From contig NC_086097.1 in NCBI RefSeq assembly GCF_963921235.1, positions 179,492,001 to 179,556,000 of the forward strand: a stretch of 64,000 nt of DNA. Reading direction: 5' to 3'. The notes under the pieces were generated by a model. The model saw only the letters and a list, made by a program, of their open reading frames with translations, was not told the DNA's origin and ran no database searches. Source of the stretch: Mobula hypostoma. Taxonomy: Eukaryota. Below, in pieces: positions 13,041 to 27,397 of the stretch (position 1 is the first letter of the stretch; the number at the start of each line of letters is the position of its first letter). The position numbers and the translations under genes are program-made.

Positions 13041-15128
13041 ATTTACATTTATAAAAACTTCACATGCTGGAAATCCAAATTTAAAACAGAACATACAGGA
13101 AACAGCTGGTTGGTGAAATGACATCTGTGTTCAGAGTAAGTTTCAGATCCAAGACTTTGCCAGAATTGGGAGAGAGCAAGTTATTTAATGAAGGGGGAGG
13201 AATAGATTGGAGAGAGATTATCCCAGACAAGGCTACAGCTTTGGAAACTGAGATTATGCACTTTGATAGGAAGAAGAAAGGTGGGTGCCTTAGTGGGCAT
13301 AGACTCATTAAGCTGAAGAGCCTGTTTCTGTACTGTACAACTATATACTGACTCAGCACAGCATCAACTATTTCTTTTTGGGGCAGGGGGAGGGTCAAAT
13401 ACTATACCAGATTAAAATAAGTGGTTCACTAACATTCTGAGATAGGTTACAGTAATCTGATACCAGATATTTAAGGATATAGTATTTTTAATCACTTACA
13501 TTTAAATTTCCCTAAACCACTGTGGTGGGATTCAGCTTGTGCATCTGAAACAACATTCCAGATTTATAGATGTTAGTTTATCAGTTTAATAACTAGATCT
13601 GAGGGGTACAGTGTATGATGGATATATGTCATCTACATATCAGTCTTCACTGACATGATTTCATATGTTCCCAAAAATTTTAAATTGTTTTAAAATTCAA
13701 GTAAACTAATTAATCTCTCTCCCTTCCATATTCCACCTTCCTTGTAATCAACGCCCTTACCATTCTCAGCAGGCGTAGGGAACCACCACTACAAAATATT
13801 ATGTTGGTTTACTATTATCACATGTACAAAGAGACAGTGAAAGTCTCTGATTTGCATGTCAATCACAGATAATTCCATACATAATTATATCAAGGTTGGT
13901 AAAAGGAAAACAGAATGCAGAATAAGGGTTAGTTACAGAGAAAGTGCAGGTACAGTGGGAGATCAAAAGTTCAAGATTATTTATACATTCTAATAAAGTA
14001 TATAGCACTGAATGCATTCTTGCCTCTCCCACTATCCCTTTAGGACTCCAGTGTGTTTAGAATCAATGAATATAAGAAATGAAAGCAGGAGCTTCCTCTG
14101 TCATAAAGAAAAACCATGCCAATCTAATCTTGGCTCAACTTCTCTTTCACATGGGCTTCACAACTCAAGAAGTAATTCCACCAAATCTGTTTTACATGCT
14201 CACTTTTATCCCTAGACCATCACCCTCTAGTTCTACCTTTGCTGAGCAGGGAAACATCCATCTTGTTAATTCTACTCCCTTTTAGTAGGGTTCTTTGAGA
14301 CTCCATAGTATAGACCCAATCTTCTGAATTAAATACTCGCTTCTGTCTCCTCCCATTGAGCAAAAGATACAAAAGCCTTAAAGTACTCACCACCAGGTTC
14401 AAAGACAGTTTCTATCCCACTCTTCTCAAAGCATTAATACAGTATACAACCTTGAGATTTATCTTCTTGTAATCAACTAAAGAAACAATAAAACCCATTA
14501 AAAACTTTGCACAAAAAAACCCAATGTGTGAAAAAAATCATACAAACAATAAAAAAGTAAACAAATAACACAGAGAACATTAGCCACAGAGTCAGTTCAG
14601 TGCTGAAGTGAGTAAACCTTGTGGAGCAGTAAGCTGAACACAGGTTTATCCTTCACCCTCGGCCTCAACACCTTGTAAAAAAAAAACAAAAACCCATGGA
14701 ACATGAACAAGAGCACTCAAAGTGAGTCCACAGCTGTTACAAGATCATTGAACAATCTCTTAGCACAATAAGCTGGGCCTTTCACAATCTACCTCACTAT
14801 GACCTTGCACCTTATTGTTCAGCTGCACTGCACTTTCTCTCCATTTTCTTGTGTATTCCGCTATTTTGTTTCCTTGTACCACCTCGATGAAGTTTTGTAA
14901 TGAATTATCTGTATAAATGGTATACAAGGCAAGTTTTCCCACTGAACCTCAGTACATACGACAGTAATAAACCAATTTATCAATTTTACTACCAAGTCTA
15001 AACTTCGGGGACAATAGATAATAAAGTATTATTCAATTCAAAAGCTATTTTTAGTGCAGAAAATTGCAATTTTTTAATATCATGATCTTCAGTTTACGTG
15101 GATTAACAGTGATATGACCACTGAACAA

Positions 15129-15502
15129 TTAATTTTGAAAATAATTTTCATTTTGATCAAAAGTCTTACAGCAAAATGAGTCACCTGTTTTAGTGATGTT
15201 CATTACAGAATGTATTTCATTCACAGTAACAGTCAGGTCTTCAAGGCGATTTACCAGATCCTGAACTTGGAATTCCAGATCACCAAGCTGGACAAATAAC
15301 TTGTGAAAAACTTCAGTCATGATGTTAAGCAATTCCTGCTGGGCTTCTGAAAGTAACATTTGTACATCCACTAAGTTTGATGTCTCTTTGCAACTGCAGT
15401 AAGCCGATGGTGGCGAAAAATCATTTTCAGAACACCTTTCGCTTTGGGAAGACTTTGATAAAGATTCCATATCCTGCACTTCATTTGCAGTTTCATAAAC
15501 TC
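15129..15502 (-). CDS. CABYR: Probable terminal coding exon of the CABYR-like gene (acidic/Ser-rich region plus coiled coil)
   Basis: Pyrimidine tract and CTCTGTAG acceptor; phase 1 matches the donor at 31171; open to TAA at 15129-15131; ATTAAA on - at 15073-15078; not TE-like. Linkage to CABYR is inferred from phase and position. Confidence 0.65.
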
Positions 15503-15939
15503 CTACAGAGGGAAAAAAACAGACCAGAAAAGGTATAAAGTTTTGGGGCAAGTCATGACAATCATTGAAAAATGAACTAGAACAGTAACAGCATTGTGAA
15601 TTTTTAACAGCATGAACAGTTTACTTCATGGATCAAGATCATATTTTGACTGATGCATGCTTAGTTATGACAGCATCTGTAAAAAAAACTATAGTGCTCT
15701 TACACCTCATCCTGAAGCCTTTTGGAATGCTCCGCTGATTGGCCCTTTTGTTTTAATGATTAGAAGCTGTCCATTGAAATATTCACCAGCAATGTAAGCC
15801 ATTTTGCCTATTGTTAGTTCTCTGAAACAACTTCCCATTAGTTCCATCCAGCCACATCCCACCATAATCACCAAACACCCATTGTTTCCTCCCCACACCC
15901 ACACAATACATACATGCTCTGCTTCTTGTATAAGCCATT

Positions 15940-16410
15940 TGGAATGATGTATTCAGTTTTCTGTCATCCTGCTATAGGAAAGATGTCACTAAGGTGGATA
16001 GAGTGTAAAGGAAATACTCGAGTTATGGAGAGAAGTTGGACATAGGAGTGTTGGAGAATGAGGGGTGATCTTATAGAGGTGTATAAAATCATGAGGGGCA
16101 GATCGGGTGAATGCATAATCTTTTTCCCAGGGTTGGAGTATCGAGAACCGGAGAGTGTAGGTTTAAGGTGAGAGGAAAGACTTTAACAGGAACCTGAGGG
16201 GGCAGACTGTGGTCCATATATGGAAGAAGCTGCCAGAGAAAGCGGTAGACAGTGGTACATTAACAACACTCTACAGGTACTTGGACAAATGCATGAAGAG
16301 GAAAGGTTAAGAAGGATATGAGCAAAATGGTCAAATGAGTCTAGCTTCGATGGGAAATCTTGGTCAACATGAACTAGTTGGGCCAAAAAGCCTGTTTCAG
16401 TGCTGTATGC
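15940..16410 (+). mobile_element. Decayed CR1 3' fragment
   Basis: [19 protein letters not shown] ORF2 C-terminus and CR1-like 3' UTR. Confidence 0.7.
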
Positions 16411-16589
16411 CTTACTATCAGTGGGGGGGGGGGGGGGGGAGAGATCAGAATGTAAAGTCTCTTCTCGTCTCTACTTAATAAAGTCCCTTAGTTCTATAGT
16501 CTGAGCATACTCATTTGTTACAATAATGTGAAACTATCACACCAGCAACTTGAATTAAATGAACATCGTTCCCTGCCATAAAGCCCAAT

Positions 16590-18496
16590 TAGGAAGGGGA
16601 AAAAAGATTATGAGAGAAAACTGGCAGGGAACATAAAAACTGACTGTAAAAGCTTTTATAGATATGTGAAAATAAAAAAGACTGGTTAAGACAAATGTAG
16701 GTCCCCTACAAACAGAAACAGGTGAATTGATTATGGGGAGCAAGGACATGGCAGACCAATTGAATAATTACTTTGGTTCTGTCTTCACTAAGGAGGACAT
16801 AAATAATCTTCCAGAAATAGTAGGGGACAGAGGGTCCAGTGAGATGGAGGAACTGAGGGAAATACATGTTAGGAGGGAAGTGGTGTTAGGTAAATTGAAG
16901 GGATTAAAGGCAGATAAATCCCCAGGGCCAGATGGTCTGCATCCCAGAGTGCTTAAGGAAGTAGCCCAAGAAATAGTGGATGCATTAGTGGTAATTTTTC
17001 AAAACTCTTTAGATTCTGGACTAGTTCCTGAGGATTGGAGGGTGGCTAATGTAACCCCACTTTTTAAAAAAGGAGGGAGAGAGAAACCAGGGAATTATAG
17101 ACTGGTTAGCCTAACATCGGTGGTGGGGAAACTGCTAGAGTCAGTTATCAAAGATGTGATAACAGCACATTTGGAAAGCAGTGAAATCATCGGACAAAGT
17201 CAGCATGGATTTGTGAAAGAAAAATCATGTCTGACGAATCTCATAGAATTTTTTGAGGATGTAACTAGTGGAGTGGATAGGGGAGAACCAGTGGATGTGG
17301 TATATTTGGATTTTCAAAAGGCTTTTGACAAGGTCCCACACAGGAGTTTAGTGTGCAAGCTTAAAGCACACGTTATTGGGGTAAGGTATTGATGTGGATA
17401 GAGAATTGGTTGGCAGACAGGAAGCAAAGAGTGGGAATAAACGGGACCTTTTCAGAATGGCAGGCAGTGACTAGTGGGGTACCGCAAGGCTCAGTGCTGG
17501 GACCCCAGTTGTTTACAATATATATTAATGACTTGGATGAGGGCATTAAATGCAGCATCTCCAAGTTTGCGGATGACATGAAGCTGGGCGGCAGTGTTAG
17601 CTGTGAGGAAGATGCTAAGAGGATGCAGGGTGACTTGGATAGGTTAGGTGAGTAGGCAAATTCATGGCAGATGAAATTTAATGTGGATAAATGTGAAGTT
17701 ATCCACTTTGGTGGCAAAAACAGGAAAACAGATTATTATCTGAATGGCGGCCGATTAGGAAAAGGGGACGTGCAACGAGACCTAGGTGTCATTACACACC
17801 AGTCATTGAAAGTGGGCATGCAGGTACAGCAGGCGGTGAAAAAGGTGAATCGTATGCTGGCATTTATAGCAAGAGGATTCGAGTACAGGAGCAGGGAGGT
17901 ACTACTGCAGTTGTACAAGGCCTTGGTGAGACCACACCTGGAGTATTGTGTGCAGTTTTGGTCCCCTAATCTGAGGAAAGACATCTTTGCCATAGAGGGA
18001 GTACAAAGAAGGTTCACCAGATTGATTCCTGGGATGGCAGGACTTTCATATGATGAAAGACTGGATGAACTAGGCTTATACTCGTTGGAATTTAGAAGAT
18101 TAAGGGGGGATCTGATTGAAGCGTATAAAATCCTAAAGGGATTGGACAGGCTAGATGCAGGAAGATTGTTCCCGATGTTGGGGAAGTCCAGAACGAGGGG
18201 TCACAGTTTGAGGATAAAGGGGAAGCCTTTTAGGACCGAGATTAGGGAAAAACTTCTTCACACAGAGAGTGGTGAATCTGTGGAATTCTCTGCCACAGGA
18301 AACAGTTGAGGCCAGTTCATTGGCTATATTTAAGAGGGAGTTAGATATGGCCCTTGTGGCTAAAGGGATCGGGGGTATGGAGGGAAGGGTGGTACAGGGT
18401 TCTGAGTTGGATGATCAGCCATGATCATACTGAATGGCGGTGCAGGCTCGAAGGGCCGAATGGCCTACTTCTGCACCTATTTTCTATGTTTCTATG
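16590..18496 (+). mobile_element. CR1 LINE, 5'-truncated
   Basis: [46 protein letters not shown] motifs; stops/frameshifts; (TTTCTATG)n tail. Confidence 0.95.
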
Positions 18497-19128
18497 TCAT
18501 CCTCAACATGGGTGCCCCCCCTCCCATGGTTGTATGCTGAGTCCACTGCTGTACATTCTGCTCACATATGACTGCACAGCCAAACGTCCCAGCTATCACA
18601 TCGTTAAGTTTGCCAATGACAACAGTGGTGGGGCTCATCACCAACAACAATTAAGGCAGCTCACAGAAAGGAAGAAGGTAAAGAAGCTTGAGGCCTGATG
18701 CCAGGCAAATAATCTCTTCCTTATGTCAACAAGACTAAGGAGCAGGCTATTAACTTCAGAACTCACACCACTCACAACCCCTTTTTGCATTGGTGGCACA
18801 GCAGTGGAAACCTGCAAACAATTTCAAACTCCTGCAAGTGCATATCACGAATAACCTCTCATTGTCCAAAACACATTCTACACAGTCAGGAAAACTCACC
18901 AACCTCAACTTTCTGAGGAGGCTGAAGAGACCTGGGCTTTGCACATCAATACTATACTCACATCATTCTAGAGATGTGCAGTAGAGAGCATCCTGACAAG
19001 CTGCATCACTGCACATTACAGTAACTGCACTGCAGCAAAAGGAAGGCAATGGGTAGTCAAACCTGCCCAACACATCACCAAAATCAAGTACATTTATACA
19101 GAAAGGTGCTGGAAAAGAGCCAACAACG

Positions 19129-21845
19129 GATTCTCAATATTCCTGGATTTCAGTGCTTTAAAAGGGATAGAGAGGGGCGAAAAGGGGGAGGAGGGGTGGC
19201 ATTACTGGTCAAGGATACTATTACAGCTACAGAAAGGGTGAGTAATGTAGCAGGATCCTCTTTTGAGTCAGTATGGGTGGAAGTCAGGAACAGGAAGGGA
19301 GCAGTTACTCTATTGGGAGTATTCTATAGGCCCCCTGGTAGCAGCAGAGATACCGTGGAGCAGATTGGGAGGCAGATTTTAGAAAGGTGCAAAAATAGCA
19401 GGATTGTTATTATGGGTGACTTTAACTTCCCTAATATTGATTGGCACCTGATTAGTTCCAAGGGTTTGGACAGGGCAGAGTTTGTTAAGTGTGTCCAGGA
19501 TGGATTCCTGTCACAATATGTTGACAAGCCGACCAGGGGGAATGCCATACTAGATCTAGTATTAGGTAACGGACCAGGTCAGGTCACAGATCTCTCAGTG
19601 GGTGAACATCTGGGGGAGAGTGACCACCGCTCCCTGGCCTTCAGCATTATCATGGAGAAGGATAGAATCAGAGAGGACAGGAAAATTTTTAATTGGGGAA
19701 AGGCAAGTTATGAGGCTATCAAGCTAGAACTTCAGGGTGTGAATTGGGATGATGTTTTTGCAGGGAAATATACTATGGACATGTGGTCGATGTTAAGAGA
19801 TCTCTTATATGACGTTAGGGATAAATTTGTCCCAGTGAGGAAGATAAAGAATGGTAGGGTGAAGGAACCATGGGTGACAAGTGAGGTGGAAAATCTAGTT
19901 AGGTGGAAGAAGGCAGCATACATGAGGTTTAGGAAGCAAGGATCAGATGGGTCTATTGAGGAATATAGGGAAGCAAGAAAGGAGCTTAAGGGGCTGAGAA
20001 GAGCAAGAAGGGGGCATGAGAAGGCCTTGGCAAGTACGGTAAAGGAAAACCCCAAGGCATTCTTCAATTATGTGAGGAAAAAAAGGATGACAGGAGTGAA
20101 AGTAGGACGGATTAGAGATAAAGGTGGGAAGATGTGCATGGAGGCTGTTGAAGTGAGTGAGGTCCTCAATGAATACTTCTCTTCGGTATTCACCAATGAG
20201 AGGTGACGATGAGGACAATATGAGTGAGGTTGATGTTCTGGAGCATGTTGATATTAAGGGAGAGGAGGTGTTGGAGTTATTAAAATCCGTTAGGACGGAA
20301 TACATTAGTCCCCGGGGCCTGACGGAATATTCCCCAGGCTGCTCCATGAGGCGAGGGAAGAGATTGCTGAGCCTCTGGCTAGGATCTTTATGTCCGCGTT
20401 GTCTACGGGAATAGTACCAGAGGATTGGAGGGAGGAAGGCAAATGTCCCCTTGTTCAAAAAAGGTAGTAGGGATAGTCCGGGTAATTATAGACCAGTAAG
20501 CCTTACGTCTGTGGTGGGAAAGCTGTTGAAAAAGATTCTTAGAGATAGGATCTATGGGCATTTAGAGAATCATGGTCTGATCAGGGACAGTCAACATGAC
20601 TTTGTGAAGGGCAGTTCGTGTCTAACAAGCCTGATAGAGTTCTTTGAGGAGGTGACCATGCATATAGATGAGGATAGTGCAGTGGATGTGATCTATATGG
20701 ATTTCAGTAAGGCATTTGACAAGGTTCCACACGGTAGGCTTATTCAGAAAATCAGAAGGCATGGGATCCAGGGAAGTTTGGCCAGGTGGATTAAGAATTG
20801 GGCTTACCTGCAGAAAGCAGAGGGTGGTGGTGGAGGGAGGTCATTCGGATTGGAGGGTTGTGACTAGTGGTGTCCCACAAGGATCTGTTCTGGGACCTCT
20901 ACTTTTCGTGATTTTTATTAACGACCTGGATGTGGGGGTAGAAGGGTGGGTTGGCAAGTTTGCAGACGACACAAAGGTTGGTGGTGTTGTAGATAGTGTA
21001 GAGGATTGTTGAAGATTGCAGAGAGATAAAGATAGGTTGCAGAAGTGGGCTGAGAAGTGGCAAATGGAGTTCAACCCGGAGAAGTGTGAGGTGGTACACT
21101 TTGGAAGGACAAACTCCAAGGCAGAGTACAAAGTAAATGGCAGGATACTTGGTAGTGTGGAGGAGTAGAGGGATCCAGGGGTACATGTCCACAGATCCCT
21201 GAAAGTTGCCTCACAGGTAGATAGGGTAGTTAAGAAAGTTTATGGGGTGTTAGCTTTCATAAGTCGAGGGACAGAGTTTAAGAGTCGCGAGGTAATGATG
21301 CAGCTCTATAAAACTCTGGTTAGGCCACACTTGGAGTATTGTGTCCAGTTCTGGTCGCCTCACTATAGGAAGGATGTGGAAGCATTGGAAAGGGTACAGA
21401 GGAGATCTACCAGGATGCTGCCTGTTTTAGAGAGTATAGATTATGATCAGAGATTAAGGGAGCTAGGGCTTTACTCTTTGGAGAGAAGGAGGATGAGAGG
21501 AGACATGATAGGGGTATACAAGATATTAAGAGGAATAGGTAAAGTGGATAGCCAGCACCTCTTCCCCAGGGCACCACTGCTCAATACAAGGGGGCATGGC
21601 TTTAAGGTAAGGGGTTCAAGGGGGATATTAGAGCAAGGTTTTTTTACTCAGAGAGTGGTTGGTGCATGGAATACACTGCCTGAGTCAGTGGTGGAGGCAG
21701 ATACACTATTGAAATTTAAGAGACTACTAGACAGGTATATGGAGGAATTTAAGGTGGGGGGTTATATGGGAGGCAGGGTTTGAGGGTCAGCAGAACAATG
21801 TGGGCCAAAGGGCCTGTACTGTGCTGTACTATTCTATGTTCTATA
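19129..21845 (+). mobile_element. CR1 LINE, most of ORF2 (APE endonuclease + RT), disrupted
   Basis: GVFYRPP, MGDFNFPNIDW, LDLVL, SDH endonuclease motifs followed by RT motifs; TTCTATGTTCTAT tail. Confidence 0.95.
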
Positions 21846-22307
21846 ACATAATAAAAAATCCCATCAACCCTGCTCATGAACTGTTTGTCCCACTCCCATC
21901 AGGGAGCAAGCAATGTAGCATCCACGCCAGACCACCAGACTCAAAAACAGTTACTTTCCCCGAGCAATGAGGCTGATCATTGCCTCTGCCCACTAACTTC
22001 ACCACTACTTTATTATTTCCTGTCAGTTACCTCATATACAGCCTGGTATCACTTTATGCACATACAATCAACATATACAAGCTATCTTATGTATTTATAT
22101 TTGTTGCGTTTATATTATTACTGTGTTCTTTATCTTTTGTTTTTTTAAAATTTTGTGCTGCATTGGATCTGGAGCAACAATTATTTTGTTCTCCTTTACA
22201 CTTGTGTACAGGAAATTACATTAAACAATCTTGAACGGCCACACTAGCAACTTCAATTCAATGACCATCATTCCCTGCCATAAAGTCATGGAGTCGCACA
22301 GCACAAA

Positions 22308-22630
22308 AATGTTTCCCATGGTGGAGGAGTATAGAACAAGGGAGCACAGCCTCAGGATAGAGGGGCGTCCATTTAAAACAAAGATGCGGAGAAAATTCCT
22401 TAGCTAGAGGGCAGTGAATTTGTGGAATTTGTTACCACCTGCAGCTTTGGAGGCCAGGTTGTTGGGTGTATTTAAGGCAAAGATCGATAGATTCCTGATT
22501 GGACACGGCATCAAAGGTTGTGGGGGAATGGGGATGAAGAGGAGAAAAAAGTGTCAGCTATGATTGAATGGCAGAGTTGACTCAATGGGCCAAATGGCCT
22601 AATTCTGCTCCTGTGTCTTATGGTCTAAAA
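22308..22630 (+). mobile_element. CR1 3' fragment
   Basis: ORF2 C-terminal remnant and 3' UTR ending GTGTCTTATGGTCT. Confidence 0.75.
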
Positions 22631-24899
22631 ATAAGCCTTTTGCCCCAAGCCTGTGCCAACCTTTTTGCCCATTCATAATAATCTTATTTTCCATTATTAA
22701 CTCAATCAAAATTTAATTCACATATTGAAACAACTAATAGGATTATCTTCAAAACAGTTCAAAAAAGAAACTAATTAAGGTTTCAAGTAGAGATGTTTTT
22801 CTGAATAATCTTCCCCTGTCAGTTGTCATTGATTAACCTGCTTTTCAATAAGATGGGTTAATGAATCAAACACCAGGAGGCAGCTTCCATGGCAACATCC
22901 AGCATCCTTCTATACCTTCTCATGACGGCTGAGATAACTGTTAATTAAACTACAGGGAAAGTAGGCAGGAAGACGGAGCTGAGGTCAATGATTAAAGGGT
23001 GATCACGGTCTTCGTGAATGGTGGGGCAGGCTTAAGGTGCCACATAGCTTATTCCTGCTCTTATTTCTCATCATCTCTAGCCTTCATTGCAGGAGTTCTC
23101 TTGGAGTCTTTCCAAGTGTCAATGGCAGCTCTGAGCAGGTGGAATCAGTCTTTCCCAGGGCAAAGCATGGTGGACCAGAGGGGTGAAGAAGGAGGATCTA
23201 CAAATAATTTTCTAAGGGAACCTATTGGCATGAGAATTTGATGTACATAACAGAACATTGTGTTTGGTCTTCCTGACTAAAAACTATGAAAAGTAGGAAA
23301 GGAAGTTCACTGTAAAGACAAATTAGTGAATTTCCTCATAAAAAATGAATCTGCGATGGATTTAAAACACAGCAATGACTACATTTTTCTTTCCTGGTTA
23401 TATTTCTTTTACTCTCTGACTTTTGCTTGAACTTTATTTAGAGATTTGAGTTTGGGTTCAATTTTAGGGATTCAATACGATTCATTAAAATCAGCAAACA
23501 CACTCCTTAAAACAGCCCTTCTGACTCAACTATGCTGACCATCACTCCCATCTATAGTAATTCCTTACCTGCATTAATTCCATATCCCTCTATGCCTTAT
23601 TCATTCAAATAACAGTCTAGATGTCTCTTAAACTTTACCCCTGCCCCAATCTACCCTGGCACTCATTCCAGCTACTGTGTGTGTAAAATTTGCCCCCAAG
23701 TTCCCTTTAAACTTGCTTCTTACATCCATGCTCTTTGGTTTTAAACATTACCATGACAAACTAGCTTTTCACTCACCTATGCCTGTTATGACTGTATTCT
23801 ATACTAGTAACTGCAGTGCATTAACTGCCACACACTACAGTCACAGTTTCCCAACTGAGGAGGGATTAATGTTTAGGGTGGAAAGTGGGTAGTATTAAGC
23901 TTCTTATATGTTCCTTTTGGAACAGCACTCATCCAGGCAAGTAATCTTGACTTATTCAGCATTTATGGGGCTGCTCCAGTTGAGTTTCTTATCTCAGAAA
24001 CTTCCAAGATTTTGCTGCTCAGCAATGACAAAACCATTAAAGTCAGGGGCAGATGGCTAGACTGTGTCTTGTTGGAAGTGTCCATTACCTAGTAAGCAAC
24101 ATATACTTTCCACATCAGTCCAAGCCTGAAATGTTGTTACATTCTAACCACACAGAGGCATGGACAATTTTTTTTGAAGAATTGCTAATGGGATTAACAC
24201 TGTTGACACTTCAGAGATTCATAAGCTTCTTGACTGGTAAGAGAGTTTAGGGTTACAGAGAGATAACATGAGACTGGGGTTGAAAACAGAATCAACCATG
24301 ATTGAATAGTGCAGCAGACTCAATCAGCCAAGTGGCCTAATTTTGCTTCAACATCTTAATGTCTAAAGATGGAGTGAAGGTACTGATGGAGCAGCTAAGA
24401 TGGATAGGTCTAGGAACTCCAATGATATCCTGTGGGGGGGAGGGGGGGAAGGGGGCTGGGATGATTAACCTCCCCCTCAACAGCTGGTTAGAGGAAAGAC
24501 TCCAACCAATGAAGTGTTTTCCTCTTGATGTCTTTGGCGTCAGTTTTACCAGGGTTCCTGATACCACACCTGGTTAGGGTTCCCTTGGCGTCCAGAGCAT
24601 TGTCTCTTACCTCACCTTGTTCCATGCTTGAACTAAAGCCATGTTAAGATCTGGAGCCAACTGGTCTTGACATAACAAACTAGACACTGACATACTGGTT
24701 ATTGGTAAGGCAGTACCTACTGTATTTAAAGCAATGGCACTGATACTTTCAATCATTTTACTGATAATTGAGAATGGACAAATTGGATGAATATTATTTG
24801 TCCAGTTTAATGTGGCCACAATATACCTGGGTCATGTTTCACATCGTCTGTTATTGTTCTGAAACGCCATGGCAAGAGACACAGTTAGTTCTGGGATGA

Positions 24900-27210
24900 G
24901 ACCACAAGACAAAGGAGCTGAAGTCAGCCATTTGGTCCATCGAGTCTGCTCCACCATTTTATCATGAGCTGATCCATTCCCCCATTTAGTCCCACTCTCC
25001 CGCCTTCTTACCATAACCTTTGATGCCCTAGCTACTCAGATACCTATCAATCCCTGCCTTAAATACACCCAATGACTTGGCCTCCACTGCCGCCCATGGC
25101 AACAAATTCCACAGATTCACCACCTTCTGGCTAAAAAAATTTCTTTGCATCCTTATTCTGAATGGGCGCCCTTCAATCCTTAAGTCATGCCCTCTCATAC
25201 TAGACTCCCCCACCACAGGAAATAACTTTGCCACATCCACTCTGTCCATGCCTTTCAACATTCAAAATGTTCTATGAGGTCTCCCCTCATTCTTCTAAAC
25301 TCCAAGGAGTACAGTCCAAGAGTGGTCAAACGTTCCTCATATGTTAACCCTCTCATTCCCAGAATTATTCCAGTGAATCTTCTCTGAACTCTCTCCAATG
25401 TCGGCATATCCTTTCTTAAATAAGGAGCCCAAAACTGCACACAGTACTCCAAGTGAGGTCTTACCAGCCTTGTAGAGCCTCAACATCACATCCCTGCTCC
25501 TATACTCTATTCCTCTAGAAATGAATGCCAACATTGCATTCGCCTTCTTCACCACCGACTCAATCTGGAGGTTAACCTTAAGTGTATCCTGCATGAGGAC
25601 TCCCAAGTCCCGTTGCATCTCAGAACTTTGAATTCTCTCCCCATTTAAATAATAGTCTGCCCGTTTATTTCTTCTGTCAAAGTGCATGACCACACACTTT
25701 CCAACATTGTATTTCATTTGCCACTTCTTTGCCCATTCTCCCAATCTATCCAAGTCTCTCTGCAGACTCTATTTCCTCAGCACTACCGGCCCCTCCACCT
25801 ATCTTTGTATCATCAGCAAACTTAGCCACAAAGCCATCTATTCCATAATCCAAATCGTTGATGTACAATGTAAAAAGAAGCGGCCCCAACACGGACCCCT
25901 GTGGAATACCACTGGTAACCAGCAGCCAACCAGAATGGGATCCCTTTATTCCCACTCTCTGTTTCCTGCCAATCAGCCAACACTCTATCCACGTATGTAA
26001 CTTTCCCGTAATTCCATAGGCTCTTATCTTGTTAAGTAGCCTCACATGCAGCACCTTGTCAAAGGCCTTCTGAAAATCCAAATACGCAACATCTACTGCA
26101 TCTCCCGTGTCTAGCCTACTTGTAATTTCCTAAAAAAATTAAAATACGTTTGTTAGGCAGGATTTTCCTTTAAGGAAACCATGCTGAGTTCTGCCTATCT
26201 TGCCATATGCCTCCGGGTACTCCATAACCTCATCCTTGCCAATCGACTCCAACAACTTCCCAACCACCGATGTCAAGCTAACAGGTCTATAATTTACTTT
26301 TTGCTTCCTTGCCCCCTTCTTAAATAGCGGAGTGACATTTGCAATCTTCCAGTACTCCGAAACCATGCCAGAATCTACTGACTTTTGAAAGATCATCGCT
26401 AATGCCTTCGCAATCTCCACAGCTACTTCCTTCAGAACACGAGGGTGCATTCCATCTGGTCCAGGAGATTTATCTACCCTTAGACTATTCAGCTTCCTGA
26501 GTATTTTCTCTGTCGTAATTGTGACTGCGCACACTTCTCTTCCCTGCCACCCTTGAGTGTCCGGCATACTGCTGTCTTCCTCGGTGAAGACTGATGCAAA
26601 ATACTCGTTCAGTTCCTCCGCCATCTCCTTATCTCCCATTACAATTTCTCCAGCATCATTTTCTATCGGTCCGATATCTACTCTCACCTGTCTTTCACTC
26701 TTTATATACTTGAAAAAGCTTTTAGTATCCTCTTTGATATCATTTTCTAGCTTCCTTTCGTAGGTCATCTTTTCCCTCTTAATGACCTTCTTAGTTTCCT
26801 TTTGAAAGCTTTTAAAAACTTCCCAATCCTCTCTCTTCCCACTAATCTTTGCTTCCTTGTATGCCCTCTCTTTTGCTTTAACTTTGGCTTTGACCTCTCG
26901 TCAACCATGGTTGCATCCTTTTTCCATTCGAAAATTTCTTTTTTTGGAATATATCTGTCTTGCACCTTCCTCACTTCTCGCATAAACTCCAGCCACTGCT
27001 GCTCTGCCGTCCTTCCTGCTAGTGTCCCTTTCCAGTCAACTTTGACCAGTTCCTCTCTCTTGCCACTGTAATTTCCTTACTCCACTGAAAGACCGACACA
27101 TCAGATTTTGGCTTCTCTTTCTCAAATTTCAGAGTGAACTCAATCATGTTATGATCACCGCCTCCTAAGGATTCCTTCACCTCAATCTCTCTAATCACCT
27201 CTGGTTCATT
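24900..27210 (-). mobile_element. CR1 LINE, 5'-truncated
   Basis: Series of minus-strand ORF2 fragments (25028-26983) with RT motifs. Confidence 0.93.
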
Positions 27211-27397
27211 ACAGGTGTACAGCCAAGGATTTTTTCCAGGTCCAAAGCCTTTGCTGTATCGAGTACTACCATCATTTCTTGACATTACAGTGCAAATTAA
27301 ATTACCCCCTTCAATACACTATATTTCAATGCAATACGAATACAAGTCCAACAAATACAAATTTTCTTCATAAGACCTCTTCATCTCAGGAATTAAC

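Larger units (their letters stand above)
16584..22235 (+). mobile_element. 5'-truncated Rex1/Babar-type LINE (pieces 16584-16589, 18497-19128, 21846-22235) hosting two CR1 insertions
   Basis: GCMLSPLLYILLTYDC...IVKFAND RT motifs; the sequence resumes across both CR1s; tail ...ATTAAACAATCTTGAA; bracketed by 46-bp direct repeats. Confidence 0.75.

Noticed and set aside
16423..16439. Poly-G run as a functional G-quadruplex
   Set aside because: Simple homopolymer next to a decayed LINE tail; its length is unreliable in assemblies.
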